64,000 nucleotides of DNA from assembly GCA_964016885.1 (NCBI GenBank), contig OZ024754.1:44454001-44518000 (forward strand). Reading direction: 5' to 3'. Position 1 is the first letter of the stretch; every line of letters starts with the position of its first letter. Source of the stretch: Eledone cirrhosa. Lineage: Eukaryota. A program made the translations under genes and the position numbers. Below the pieces are notes generated by a model that saw only the letters and a program-made list of their open reading frames with translations, was not told the origin of the DNA and made no database searches. Positions 33,453-46,990 of this stretch are shown here, piece after piece.

Positions 33453-36400
33453 AGACCACATATATATGTCAACTAGAATATAAACATACCCACAAATTCA
33501 AGTGAACACAAACTATAATCATAAGATCAACCCCATCTACCCTTGGTTTTATTTTTAAGTGTTTATATTGATTTTTAAAAAAAAGATTTCCATCATTATT
33601 TTATATAAAAATATTTAAGTTATGTCCCAAACATCAGGAAATGTGTTACTAAATCCTTCTAAAGTCTTGATTATTTTCAAAATTATGTGAAATTCAAGAG
33701 TTGTGACCATTCACACTGCAGCTGTCTATATATCAGATGTTTATAATAATAACTGTTGGTGTTGTTGTTTCTTTGTTTGTCTTGTTGTTTCTTTGTTTGT
33801 CTTGTTTTCAGACTAAAAATACTTGTTTAAAGTGTCTATAAGTTCATCTTGCCCCAACCTACAAACTAGTACAAAATATTTTACAATTCAATAGAAAAAC
33901 ACTTTAGCTATTTTATCACTAGACATTATATCACAGTACTGACACCCATACTAGCGTGGAAAATGGACGTTAAACGAAGATGATGATGATGATTCAATGC
34001 CTGTTCTAACTTAGATTGTATATACACAAACAGGTTTTGACAAAGTTTTATTTTGTCATACATTGATACTGGTTCACTCCTAGACCTACTTACTGTTCAG
34101 TAATCCCGCCGAGGTTGACTTTGCCTTTCATCCTTACGGGGTCGATAAAATAAAGTACCAGTAATGCACTGGGTAATTGCTGGCCTTGTGCCTAAAGTAG
34201 AAACAAGTATTTCATTTATCTAAATATTTTATGGAACAGTTTAACCCTTTACCATTTACATTATTCTATATTTACAATTGTATTTTCACAGTAAACACTT
34301 TATCTCACATAATATGGAATTTATGAGATTTTTATATTATTTATTTTGAGATATGGCCAGTTAAAGTGTAGATACACACATATACACACCCCCAACATAC
34401 AAACACAAACACCACACGCACAAACACACATATACACCAACCAACACCACACACACACATACATATATACACACAAGCACACACAAGCACACACAAACAT
34501 ACACAAACACACGCACACAAACACACACACACAAGCACACACACATACACACACAACACCACAAATTCACATGCAATGCAAGATGATATTAAATTCAGAA
34601 TACAATATTTCAAGTGAATAAGGTTATGGGATACACTCAAAAGATATTCAGTCAACCGTAAACATAATAGCACCTAAAAAACCCAACAAATATCAAAATA
34701 CCTGGCTGGGATAATGAACCAACCAGCCTCAAGAAAAACCAGGATATTGGAAATATTCTGACACTAAAAATGAACCAACAATGAAATAGAATATTGAAAA
34801 TATATTTTTACTAGGATGTAACAAAACATAGTTACAAAGAAAATTTCCAGTGATAAATTGATCCAAAATAATCAGAGCGTTGAACAAAATGAACTCTGGT
34901 CTTGACAATTTACATACTTTACAATGCATATACAGTGTAAATTCTTTTCTTCACATAATATCTCACATAACATTTACATTACTCTATATATACTATTGTA
35001 TTGTCACAGTAAAGGCTTTACCACACATAATATCTCACATAACATTTACATTACTCTATATATACTATTGTATTTTCACAGTAAAGGCTTTACCTCACAT
35101 ATCTCACATAAAATTTACATTACTCTATATATACTATTGTATTTTCACAGTAAAGGCTTTACCTCACATAATATCTCACATAACATTTACATTACACTAT
35201 ATATACTATTGTATTTTCACAGTAAAGGCTTTACCTCACATAATATCTCACATAACATTTACATTACTCTATATATACTATTGTATTTTCACAGTAAAGG
35301 CTTTATCTCACATAATCTCAACATTACTCTATATATACTATTGTATTTTTGCGGTAAAGGCTTTACTTCACATAATTATCTTATTTAATATCAAATCTAT
35401 GAGATTTTGATATTATTTATTTTAAGAACAATACCTTAATGTCAGTATGAGTGGCCAGTTACGGCTGGTTTGAACAGAAAGAGGTGAGAGAATTCTGGCC
35501 GTATATGGCTGGTTTAAATGCTAAAGGGTTAAATATATATATATGTAAGTCCTTGTTTCAATTAAGCTTTTCTGATGAGTATTGGCGTACATGTACAGCA
35601 ATACTCATCCTTTTCCATTTCTTAGAGGGTTCTAAACCCCACTATCAGGCTAAAATTTCTTTAGTTAAAAATACGGTGAAAGCTTCTATTTCTACTAAAT
35701 TTCAAATATAAATATAATTTCTCAAAGTTCTAATTTTTTGATAACATAACATGTCAAAAGGTTTTAAAATATAATTGTTTCTACTTTTGGCACAAGGCCA
35801 GCAATTATCCAGTGTATTACTGGTACTTTATTTTATTGAGCCCGTAAGGATGAAAGGCAAAGTTAACCTCGGCGGGTTCTAAAATATAATGATGGTGGGA
35901 CATTTTAAATAAATATGAATATAAATAATTTTATGTAGAGAGTTTTATATCATAGAAATCAAAGTGAGACAGATTGGTATCAAATGACTTAAATACATAT
36001 CTACATATTTGTATATAGTAGTATCATATATCACCAGTCACAGGTGTAAGGTACTTGACTGCTTCATTCCATACATTCCTATGTTTACTTCTCCCACAAG
36101 ATATATATGTCAAGGTGCATGGCTTACAATCTTGAGGTTGTGAGTTCGATTCTTGGACCGGGTTTTGCATTGGGTTCTTGAGCAAGAAACTTTATTTCAT
36201 GTGGCTTCAGTTCATTCAGCTGTAGAAATGAGTTGTGATGTCACTGGTGCCAAGTTGTATCAGCCATTGCTTTTCCCTTGGACCACATCGGTGGTGTGGA
36301 GAGGGGAGACTGGTATGCATGGGTGACTGCTGGTCTTCCACAAACAACCTTGCCTGGACTTGTGCCTTGGAGGGGAACTTTATCGAAGGGGTATTAAATA

Positions 36401-37321
36401 TATATATATCTAAATATATATATATGAATATATATATATATCGAAGTCCACCTGGTTGTGGTAGGGCTGTAAACATTGGAAGGATGGTTGCAGAGACATT
36501 CTGCAGTGTGACCAGTAGTTGTGACATGACAAAAAGCACCCAGTACTTACTGTAAATGAGGTTGGCGTTAAGAAGGGCATCCAGCTGTAGAAACTGAGCC
36601 AAAATCAGATCTGTATGAACAAGACATGGTCACCTGACCTAGCATTACGTACAACATTTAAAATCAATAAGAGTCTGGAATTAGCTGCCAAAATGGCAAG
36701 AGCTCCACCTAACTCTCTGTAATATATTATATATATTTCAGTATGTCTATGTGTGTCTTTCTTACAGAAAACAGAAAACTCATCTTCGAGAAGTATACAA
36801 ATGATGAGGAGAAAGAAAAATCGTTTAGCAGCTCAAAAATGTCGGGAGAAGAAGAAAGAGCGAATCCGAATCCTTGAAGAGGTGAGATTTTATCTATCTA
36901 TCTATCTACCAGCACCACCACCACCACCACCACCAGTAGTAGTAGTAGCAGTGGTAGTAGTAGTAATAGTAATAGTAGTAGCAGCAGTAGTAGCAGCAGT
37001 AGTAGTAGCAGCAGTAGTAGTAGCAGCAGTAGTAGTAGCAGCAGTAGTAGTAGTAACAGAGAACTTATAGAAGAAGGTGCCAGTACACAACCTTTGAAAT
37101 AGTTATTAATATTCAATTTATTTTCCTTTTTCTTGCAGGAGGTGAGATCATTAATTTCTGAAAATTATGATTTAAAACGTACAAAATATGAACTGGAAGA
37201 AAAACTAATGGAACAAGAGATTTGGATGGAAGAACATCAATGTTGCCTGGTTCCTGGGAGTTACGCCTATCGGTCACATTATAATAAACAACAAACCTGT
37301 AAAAAAATGGCGCTTCCTTGA
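28582..37321 (+). CDS. Small bZIP transcription factor of the ATF3/JDP2/BATF/Fos group, about 132 aa
   Basis: Exons 28582-28683 (acceptor before 28555, ATG 28582, AAG|gtatgt), 36768-36881, 37139-37321, all phase 0. Basic region [20 protein letters not shown], heptad L-L-L-L-Q-H, then HQCC. AATAAA at 37385-37390. The link to the first exon is less certain. Confidence 0.8.
32985..33360 (-). mobile_element. CR1/L2/jockey-group LINE C-terminal fragment
   Basis: [29 protein letters not shown]... and [36 protein letters not shown] in shifted frames. Confidence 0.7.
34948..35380. repeat. Second 72-bp array (about 6 units), same unit as 5898-6750
   Basis: Same unit, again followed by the MITE end ...taaagggttaa at 35532. 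Confidence 0.9.
36768..36881 (+). CDS. bZIP basic-region exon
   Basis: tttcttacag|AAA ... GAA GAG|gtgaga; NxxAAxxCR motif. Confidence 0.9.
37139..37321 (+). CDS. bZIP leucine-zipper/terminal exon
   Basis: tcttgcag|GAG; [36 protein letters not shown]...ALP*. Confidence 0.88.
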   Translation, partial: EVRSLISENYDLKRTKYELEEKLMEQEIWMEEHQCCLVPGSYAYRSHYNKQQTCKKMALP

Positions 37322-37499
37322 TAGGAGATAACCAAAAACATTCAGCTAATGCAACAATTCTTAACGTTAGCTTCATAAAGTGTCAATAAATTTATAGTAA
37401 AGAAAACAACAAAATATCTAATGAAAAGAATGGACAGTAACTTAGACTAGAGTACTGGAAGGTTATATATATATCATCATCATCATCATTTTATGTCCG

Positions 37500-38185
37500 C
37501 GATTGTCAGCATAGAGAAGTTCCCATCAGCAGCCAGTCTTAAACTTCTCTGTTATGGCTTGGAGAACTATAATAAACAAAAGTGGGCTGAAGACCGAACC
37601 CTGATGTACTCCTACTTGTATCTGGAATTCCTCACTAAACTCCATTCCTATTCTCACTTTACTGACAGTTCCTCTGTACATAGCTTGCAGTCCTCACAAG
37701 CCATTCCTCTACACCTAGTTTCCTTAGGGACCACCAGATGACAGATAGGGGTACCCTATCAAAGGCCTTATCTAGGTCAACAAAAATTAAATATAGTGGC
37801 TTATTCTTCTCTAAGAACCTCGCCTGTAGTTGTCTCACTAAGAAGAGGGCATCTGTTGTACTTTTCCAAGGTACAAAACCAAACTGCATCTCATCTAGTT
37901 TGACCCTTTTTCTAATTAGTTGCGCTAATATCCTTTCTGTCACTTTCATAACCTAATCCATCAGTTTTATGCCCCTATAATTGCTCCTCTCCAGAGCATC
38001 CCCTGTACCTTTGTAACAATTAATAAGTATACTGCTGCACCAGTCTTTGAGTATGACTCTGCTATATATATAACTTGATTGACTATGCATGTAACTAGTT
38101 TAGTTCCTACTTCTCCTGTCTTTAATATCTTAGTGACTATCCCTGACAGTCCAGCGACCTTACCACTTTTCATCTCTTTCATTGC
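37500..38185 (-). mobile_element. RTE-clade LINE RT fragment
   Basis: MKSGKVAGLSGI...DEMQFGFVPWKSTTDALFLVRQLQ...FVDLDKAFDRVP. Confidence 0.85.
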
Positions 38186-38722
38186 TATTATATTGCAATA
38201 TTAGAGTGTAACCAAGTTATACTTCAAACATAATTTTAATTCTACATGTATTATATATATATATATTATATATATATATATATATTATATATATGCTGAT
38301 GATGATATATTTAATTAGAAAATGAACAACACAAAATATAACTACTCCATTACCAAAGGTTTCTGGGTCCCAGACAATATTGATATACGTCTGGATCAGT
38401 CGTTCACTTTCTAATTAAATAGCTCTGTTCTATACATAGAGCACCCTTTTTTCCTTTGGAATTGCCTAAAACATATATATAAATGAAGTATTTCCGTCGG
38501 AAAGGTACAGGAAAAAAAGAGTGCTCTATGTAGGCTACAGAGTTTAATAGTTATGTAATAAACAACATAAGATAATTATTTCATTTACCAGTGGTTTCTT
38601 GAAGGCAGATGTTATGTCTGTCTTGAGTTGTCAGAATGAATAAATAACATGGTGTTTTTATTAAATATGGATTTGAAAACCTATTTTCCAATTCATATTT
38701 AATAAAAACACCATGTTATTTA

Positions 38723-38783
38723 TTCATTCTGACGACTGAAGACAGACATAACATCTGCCTTCAAGAAACCACTGGTAAATGAA
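38723..38783 (+). ncRNA. Minimal type-I hammerhead ribozyme motif; a degenerate inverted copy lies at 38580-38640 (-)
   Basis: ttcatt-CTGACGA-c-tgaagacaga(cataaca)tctgccttca-a-GAAA-ccactgg-TA-aatgaa; GUA cleavage triplet. Confidence 0.7.
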
Positions 38784-39856
38784 ATAATTATCTTATGTTG
38801 TTTATTACATAACTAAAACATATATATATATATAAACCCATGCTAGCGTGGAAGATGGACGTTAAATGATGATGATGATGATGATGATGATGATAAAATG
38901 GACATAAAAATGACAATGATGATGATATATATATGTATGTACAATGGAACTTATGTATAATGGCTGCAGTAAAATGAAGTATAAGATTAAAAGAATATAT
39001 TTTTGTTATATATTTGAAACTGAAAATAAATTTTATATAGAATTACTAAATAAATATGTGAAGGCGCATGGCTTAGTGGTTAGAGCATTGGGCTTGCAAT
39101 TGTGAAGCTGTGAGTTCAATTCTCAGACCAGGCTTTGTGTTGTGTTCTTGAGCAAGACACTTTGTTTCACATTGCCCCAGTTTACTTAGCTGTAAAAATG
39201 AGTTGTGACGTCACTGGTGCCAAGCTGTATCGGCCATTGCCTTTCTCTTGGACAAGATCGGTGGCATGGAGAGGGGAAACTGATATACATGGGTGACTGC
39301 TGTTCTTCTACAAATACACTTTACCCAGAACTTTCTAGGTGCAAATCCCCTTGTCATTTGTGACCGACAGGGTCTTTCCCCTTTACACTTTACTAAATAA
39401 ATATACAAGAAAAATTGTTTCTGTAATTATTTGTTATTGATGTAAATATAATTGTTTCTACTTTAGGCACAAGGCCAGCAATTACCCAGTTCATTATTGG
39501 TACTTTATTTTATCGACCCCTTAAGGATGAAAGGCAAAGTCAACCTCGGCGGGATTTGAACTCAGATCATAAAGGGACGTAACTATACTGGAAAGCATGG
39601 CGTCCGACCCTCTACCGATACTGCCAATCCACCGCCCTCGTTATTGATGTAAATATAATAACTGGATCTTCTACTCTATCTGTGAGGGTGGAGAAGGAAG
39701 TGATGCCTTCCCATCCAATATATTTAGGCCAAAAAGGTGAGGATGGCCTAAGTGAATGGGCCTCCCCAAAGCATATGCCATCTGTATTTGATTCAGGTCA
39801 ACCAATCAAGGCTTCAGGCTCATAATCGCTCAGACAAATATATAGCCCAAACCCCA

Positions 39857-40200
39857 GTACTTACAAATATATACAGCTTACAAAGTATAGCACTACTAGG
39901 TACTTTCTATATATTATATAGAGTATCACAGGACTTACAAATATATACAGCATACAAAGTATAACACTACTAGGTACTTTATATATATTATATAAAGTAC
40001 CACAGGACTTACAAATATATACAGCATACAAAGTATAACACTACTAGGTACTTTATATATATTATATAGAGTATCACAGGACTTACAAATATATGCAGCA
40101 TACAAAGTATAACACTACTAGGTACTTTATATATATTATATAGAGTATCACAGGACTTACAAATATATGCAGCATACAAAGTATAGCACTACTAAGTACT
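39857..40200. repeat. 74-bp tandem repeat, about 4.5 units
   Basis: Unit ggacttacaaatatatacagcatacaaagtataacactactaggtactttatatatattatatagagtatcaca. Confidence 0.85.
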
Positions 40201-42432
40201 GCACACATATTATGAAAAGTACTATCAATACATCAGCAAAAACTACACTGCACATACCCAAGGTGCATAGAACTGTGCTCGGTAAAGCAGTGATGATGTG
40301 CAATAAAAATAATAATAAATATTTATGTAGACACAAATCAGAGAATGGAACAGTTGATTATATCACCCCAGTACATGACTGGTACTTTATTTTATCAACC
40401 TCAGAAGGATGTAAGGCAAAGTTGACTTTGATGAGATATGAACTCAAAACATAAAGAGCTGTATCTAAATAATACAAGGTATTTTGTACAATACTGTAAT
40501 AATTTTAGCTACCACCCCACACCAGCACACCCCACCTTAGTAATTATAATTCTCTCTAGCATTGGCACAAGGTCAGCATTTTGAGGAAAGGGAAAAGTGA
40601 ATTAACCCTTTACCATTTACATTACTCTATATATACTACTGTATTTTTGTGGTAAAGGCTTTATCTTACATTATTATCTCACATAATATCAAATCTGAGA
40701 TTTTGATATTTATTTTGAGAACAATACTTTAAGGTAAGTATGATCTGCCGGTTACGGTCGGTTTGAACAGAGCGGATTCTGGCTGGTTTAAATAGACTCC
40801 AGTATATGACTGCTACTTTCTTTTATCGCCCCCGCAACGATGAAAGGCAAAGCTAACCTCGACAGGATTTGAACTCAGAATGTAAATGGACGTAACTCTA
40901 TGACACAAACCTTTTGTCTGACGCTCTATTGATCCTGTCAATCCCCTGCCTGTCTAATTATATTAATAATAATAATGATTTCTGATTTAGGCGCAAGGCC
41001 AGCAATTTGTAGGGTGGGTAAAAATCGATGAAATCGACCCCAGTGAATTACTGGTACTATATTTTATCAACCCTGTAAGGATGAAAATAAGAATACTGAT
41101 GGCGGTGGTAGAGATGATTTTTTTTTTTTTTTAGATTATGCTTATTGTACAATGTGTTGAATCAACCCCAAGATAGCACTGCTATTTGATAGCCCAATAG
41201 GAAGAATACAGCCCAGTCATTTGTGTCAACTTCTAGTGTATATTACTGCTATTCTATCAACCACGAGAGCTATGAAAGGTAAAGGTGGCCATGGTGGAAT
41301 TTAGCTAAATACCATTTAGCTAAATACCATTTGCTATTTTATCCAGAATTTTAATGATTTTTACAGTTAATCTTTTACTGTTGGTGACAAATTGCGACGA
41401 TAGAGTTATCTCCCCTTAACACATAATGTAGTATCAAGGGAAGCAATTCATAAAAATATTCAACGTTCTAAAGATTAAAATAATGTGTTTTATTCTATTA
41501 AAGGTTCCAGTCACTGGATTGTGGCCATGTTTGGCTTCAGGATATTTTTTTTTTCCTTTCTTTTGTCCAAGTTCTTTATCTGGTCAACATTTTTATCATA
41601 ATACATCAAATGGTTGAGTTAACCTAGTGTTAGAGAGTTACCTCCCTTTAAAGTTATTTACACCACAATTAAATACCATAAGGCATTTTGTCAAGCATTT
41701 CAATAATTCTGGCAAAATAATGATTTCTAATTTAGGCACAAGGCCAGCAATTAGAGGGGACAGGGAGTTGATTTTATTGGCTTCAGTATTTGAAAAGTCC
41801 TTTATTTTATGAAGCCCTGGGAGATGACCCTGGTGGAATTTGAACTCGGAAGATAAGGTACCAGAATATTTTTGTCCAGGTACATTAACAACTGTGCCAG
41901 AGATAAGGGAATGAGTGAAGAACACATAAAAGATTGAGGGTGGGTTCTTGTTGGATTCAAAAGAAATATCTACAGTCTTATTGAGGATACATACAAGAGG
42001 GGGAAGATTTGGGGCTGAGGGTAAATTTGGGGTGATTGATGTCTTATAAATAATAATGGTGGTGGTGGTGGAGGTGGTAGCAATGATTATGGGGAGATGG
42101 TGGTGGCAGTAGTGGGAGTAGCAACGACTGTGGGGAGATGATGGTAGTGGTGATAGCAAGGATTGTGAGGAGATGATGGCGGTGATGGTAGTGGCAATGG
42201 TGGTGGTGTTAGTGGTGGTGGCAGTAGTGGGAGTAGCAATGGCTGTGGGGAGATGGTGGTGGTGGTGGTGATAGTGGTGGTACTGTTATTGGTTGCGGCA
42301 GTTGTAAGGGTAGCAATGATCGTGTTGAGATGATGATGGTGGTGTTGGTGGTAGTGGTGGTGGTGGTGGTGATAGTGGTGGTGGTAGTAGTAGTGCTGAG
42401 AACTATGTGGTGTGAACTGGAGAGTACCGGAG

Positions 42433-42712
42433 CATGGTATGAACAAACCCTAGAAGGTGTAAGTGGAAAATGACAAATACAAAATCTTATGGGACGTCAT
42501 GATTCAATGTGACCATGAAGTTCTTCACAGGAAACCGGAGATTGTGATAATAAGGGAGAGAGAACCTAATTATAATTATAGAATATACTAGAGACAACAG
42601 AGAGGCAAAGAAAGAAGAAAAAAAGCTCAGTTACCATAACAACAAGTTGGGGATAATTAAAAAGGTGGAAGTTATTCCCATCGTTGTATGTGTTCTGGGA
42701 ACTGGAAGTACT
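42433..42712 (+). mobile_element. R4/Dong-like REL-endonuclease retrotransposon fragment
   Basis: WYEQ../VENDKYKILWDVMIQCDHEVLHRKPEIVII...KKVEVIPIVVCVLG. Confidence 0.65.
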
Positions 42713-43933
42713 GAACCCCTTAACCCTTTACCATTTACATTACTCTATATTTACGGTGGTATATCTGTGGTAAAGGTTTTACCTCACATAATCATCTCTC
42801 ATTATTTTGAATCTACGAGATTTTGATGTTATTTAATTTGAGAACAATACCTTAACATCAGTATGGATGTAAAGAAAAGTTCACCTCGGTGGGATTCAAC
42901 TCAAGATGTAATGAAATAAAACAAAATATCACCTCAAAATATTTTGTCAGTTGGTTCCACTCATCATCGTTTAACGTCTATCTTCCACACTAGCATGGGT
43001 TAGACACTAATTCTACCATCCGATGCCCTATATTAAATAATTCTTTCTAGCATTAGCACTATAGCAGCAATTTGGGAGAAAGGGAGGGAAGTGAACTATA
43101 CTGACCCCAGTACTTCCCTGGTATTTCATTGAGCCCAGAAGAATGAAAAGTAAAGTTGACCTTGCAGGATTTGAACTCAGAATATAAAGAGCCAAACCAA
43201 GTGTTGTAAAGCATTTTGTGCAAAGCTCTAATGATTCTGCCAATGTACCATACTTAATTGCTTCTAGCATAGGCACAAGACTAGTAAATCAACCCCAGTA
43301 TATTACAGATACTTTATTTTATCACCCTCAGAAGGATGAAAAGCCAAGTTGACTTTGGCAGGATTTGAAATCAAACAATTCTGCCAAGCCACCACACTTG
43401 CCCTATATAATAAGGGTCCTTTATTTAGGCACAAGGACAGCAATTCTTGGAGAGGGGAAAGTCGATTAAATCGATCCCAGTGCATGACTGGTACTTTATT
43501 TTATCGACCCTGTAAGGATGGAAGGCAAAGTTAACCTCGACGGGATTTGAACTCAGATCGTAAAGGGACGTAACTCTATGCCGGAAAGCATGTCTGACGC
43601 TCTACCGATACTGCCAATCCACCGTCCTTATAATGATAATAATAATAATAATTGTTTCTACTTTTGGCACAAGGCCAGCAATTTTGGGGGAGTGGAAAGT
43701 CAATTAAATCAACCCCAGTACATTACTGGTACTTTATTTTATTGACCCCCACGTAAGGATGAAAGGCAAATAATAACAATAATAATTTAATGTCTGTTTT
43801 CCCTCCTAGTAAGGATTGGACTACTATACTAATAATGGTGATGATGATGATGATGATTTGATAATGATGGCAGTGATAGTTAGGGAAAAAAATGCAAATC
43901 CCTCGTGTAGGCATTTTGTTTTTGTTTTGCTTT

Positions 43934-44062
43934 TCAACATAGGAGTTTTATGGCTCCATTGTCAGCTCCTAGGAGTAGGGTTCTGTTTAATGGGAGTACG
44001 GCCATACTAGCTAGAACCCCTTTAAATGTATCTGGGTGTAGTTTGGTATCACTGTAGGTTGC
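43934..44062 (-). CDS. WDR81: WDR81 terminal coding exon ([15 protein letters not shown]...[11 protein letters not shown])
   Basis: ttttcag| ... TGA, 129 nt. Confidence 0.92.
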   Translation of the reverse strand, partial: ATYSDTKLHPDTFKGVLASMAVLPLNRTLLLGADNGAIKLLC

Positions 44063-44105
44063 CTGAAAAAGAAATAATGAACAACATTATAAAGAGACAA
44101 ATTCT

Positions 44106-44176
<71 letters not shown>

Positions 44177-46937
44177 TATCATAATTGTTTAACGTCCATC
44201 TTCCACGCTAGCATGGGTTAGACGGTTTTGTTCCAGTTGATCGGGAGACCGTGTCTTGCTGGTACGGAAGTGTCCCTGGCAGGTTTTCTATGGCTGGATG
44301 CCCTTCCTAACACCAAGCACATTTACAGTGTCGACTGGGAACCTTTTTACCCTCTCCTACACGACCACTTTACAGTATCGACTGTTGTGTCATCGACACA
44401 GTGGATGGAATGGAAATGGGAGGATGGGGCAGGGTGTGTGAGGTGTATATTGGGTTAACAGGTGCCTCTGTAGGTTTGTATATAAGGGAAGGCGGGTCTT
44501 CTGTACAACTGCATGGCACCAAAGATATATACATATTTAGTGTACCCCTGGCATTCGTGGTCCTGGTTATTCGCAGTCCCTTTTATTCGTGGTCCCTTTT
44601 ATTCGTGGTACCTTTTATTCATGCTCTCTTCTATTTGTGGTCCCTTTTATTCATGCTCTCTTTTATTTGTGGTCCCTTTTATTTGTGGTCCCAGTTATTC
44701 ATGCTCCCTTTTATTCGTGATCCCTTTTATTCGTGGTCCCGGTTATTTGCAGACTTTTCCTTAGAACCTAACTAATAATTGTTCATACTTTAAGGTATTA
44801 TTTACTGTAAATGAATTTATTAAACTTTTATACTTACATGTCGGTCAATAGAGGAATGTACCCCAATTTTATTGCCTGCTGTGGCAGAAATGATCTGGTT
44901 TTGGTAGAGACCAATGCAGTGAACTGGTTCAGATGCACCTGAAACAGAACAGTGGCTATATTAACACAATTTTACTGTAACTTTATCTACTTTTTGGCAC
45001 AAGGCCAGCAATTTGAAGGGAAGGGGAAGATCAATTAAATCAACTTCAGTGCATTACTGGTACTTTATTTCATTGACCCTGTAAAGATGAAAGGCAAAGC
45101 TAACTTCAATGAGATTTGAATTCAGAATGTAAAGGGCCATAACTGTATGCTGCAAAGCATATTGTTTGATGCGCTACCGATGCTCTCAACCCAATGTCCT
45201 GATTAATAATTAACCCTTTAGCATTTAAATTGACTATATCCAGCTAGAATTCTCTCACCTCTGTCAAAATGGCCATAACCGGCTATAATGGGCTACTCAT
45301 ACTTATGTTAAGTAGATTTATGTCATACATTTGATATTATGTGAAATAAAGTGTTTAGCGTAAAAATACAAGAGTAAATATAGAATAATTATTTCTACTT
45401 TTGGCACAAGGCCAGCAATTACCCAGTACATTACTGGTGCTTTATTTTATCGACCTCGTAAGGATGAAAGGCAAAGTCAACCTCGGTGGGATTTGAACTC
45501 AGAATGGCAAGGGCCGTAACTATGTGCTGGAAGTAGATATAGAATAATTGTTTCTACTTTTGACACAAAGCCAGCAATTATCCCAGTGTACTACTGGTAC
45601 TTTATTTTATTGATCCCGTAAGGATGAAAGGTAAAGTTAATCTTGGGATTTGAACTCAGAGCATAAAGGGTCGTAACTCTTTGCTGCAAAGCATGGTGTC
45701 CAACCCTCTACCGATACTGCCAATCCACCATTAAATATAGAATAATGTAAATGCTAAAGGGTTAAAATGAAATGAAACTCAACAGGTGCATGATCCTTGC
45801 AATGTATAACAAAAGAATTTAAAATATAAAGCAAAAAGCTGACCTTTAAACTGACAGATTTCCTTCAAGTCACTGGAGTTCCAGAGTCGCATGGTTTGGT
45901 CAAATGATGATGTTACAAATGTGTGACGATTGCAAGCTTTTATCTGTGGAGAAATACTTAGAGCTTAGTAGATGATAGATGGTGATGGTGACAGTGGTGT
46001 GGTGGTGGAAGTGATGTTGGTGACAATAGTGGTGGTGGTGGATTTGGGGCAAGTATGGAAAAACGGAAGTGTGTAAACTGCAAGGTGGACTATGTTGAAA
46101 AATAACCCTCATCTGGTCACATTCCATGAGAGTATCTTGGTCAGCCTTTTAACTTTTCAGTTGACCTTTATACATACATCATATTTACACTCACACACAG
46201 CAAATGCAATGGTAAAACAAGTCAAATTTAAAAAAATAACCCAATAAAATCCTTCCTGACAAATTATATTGAGGATGTGTGTGAATGACCAAGCATAGAT
46301 GAGTTGAGAGTGAAACTGTGTATAAGAGGGATAAACTGTAGTGTGTGGAAGAGAAGACTGCGTTGGTATGGACATGTGATACGCATGGAAGATGACCGCT
46401 GGGTAAAGAAGTGCCAAGAAATCCCAGTAAAAAGAAGACGCAGTAGAGAAAGACCACGAAAAACATGGGCAGAAGTGGTGAGAGCAGACCTCAGATTGCT
46501 GAAGCTCAAAGAGGAGATAACGAAGGACCGTGATGAATGGAAAGATGCTGTGCTGAAAAGGACCGTCCCGTCCCTTGCAAGCAGGGAAAAGCGGACATAA
46601 AATGATGATGATGATGACTGAGCCAATTGATAGGTAAAAAAAAAAAACTAAATTCAATACTATAGATAACTAAAAATAATCTCAGATATTAGTGATAGGA
46701 CATACGGCATATCAAATGACAATCTAAATGTGATAACTATGGAGAGGTTACGGCTGATATCAAATATAGTCTAGAGCTCATAACATAGACACCTGGTGTA
46801 TAAGAATTAGGTGAAAGACAATAGAGTGGGATCAAGGAGAAACAACACCTGATACTGAGATCAAGGAGAAACAACACCTGATACTGAGATCAAGGAGAAA
46901 CAACACCTGATACTGAGATCAAGATCAAATTGACCAT

Positions 46938-46990
<53 letters not shown>

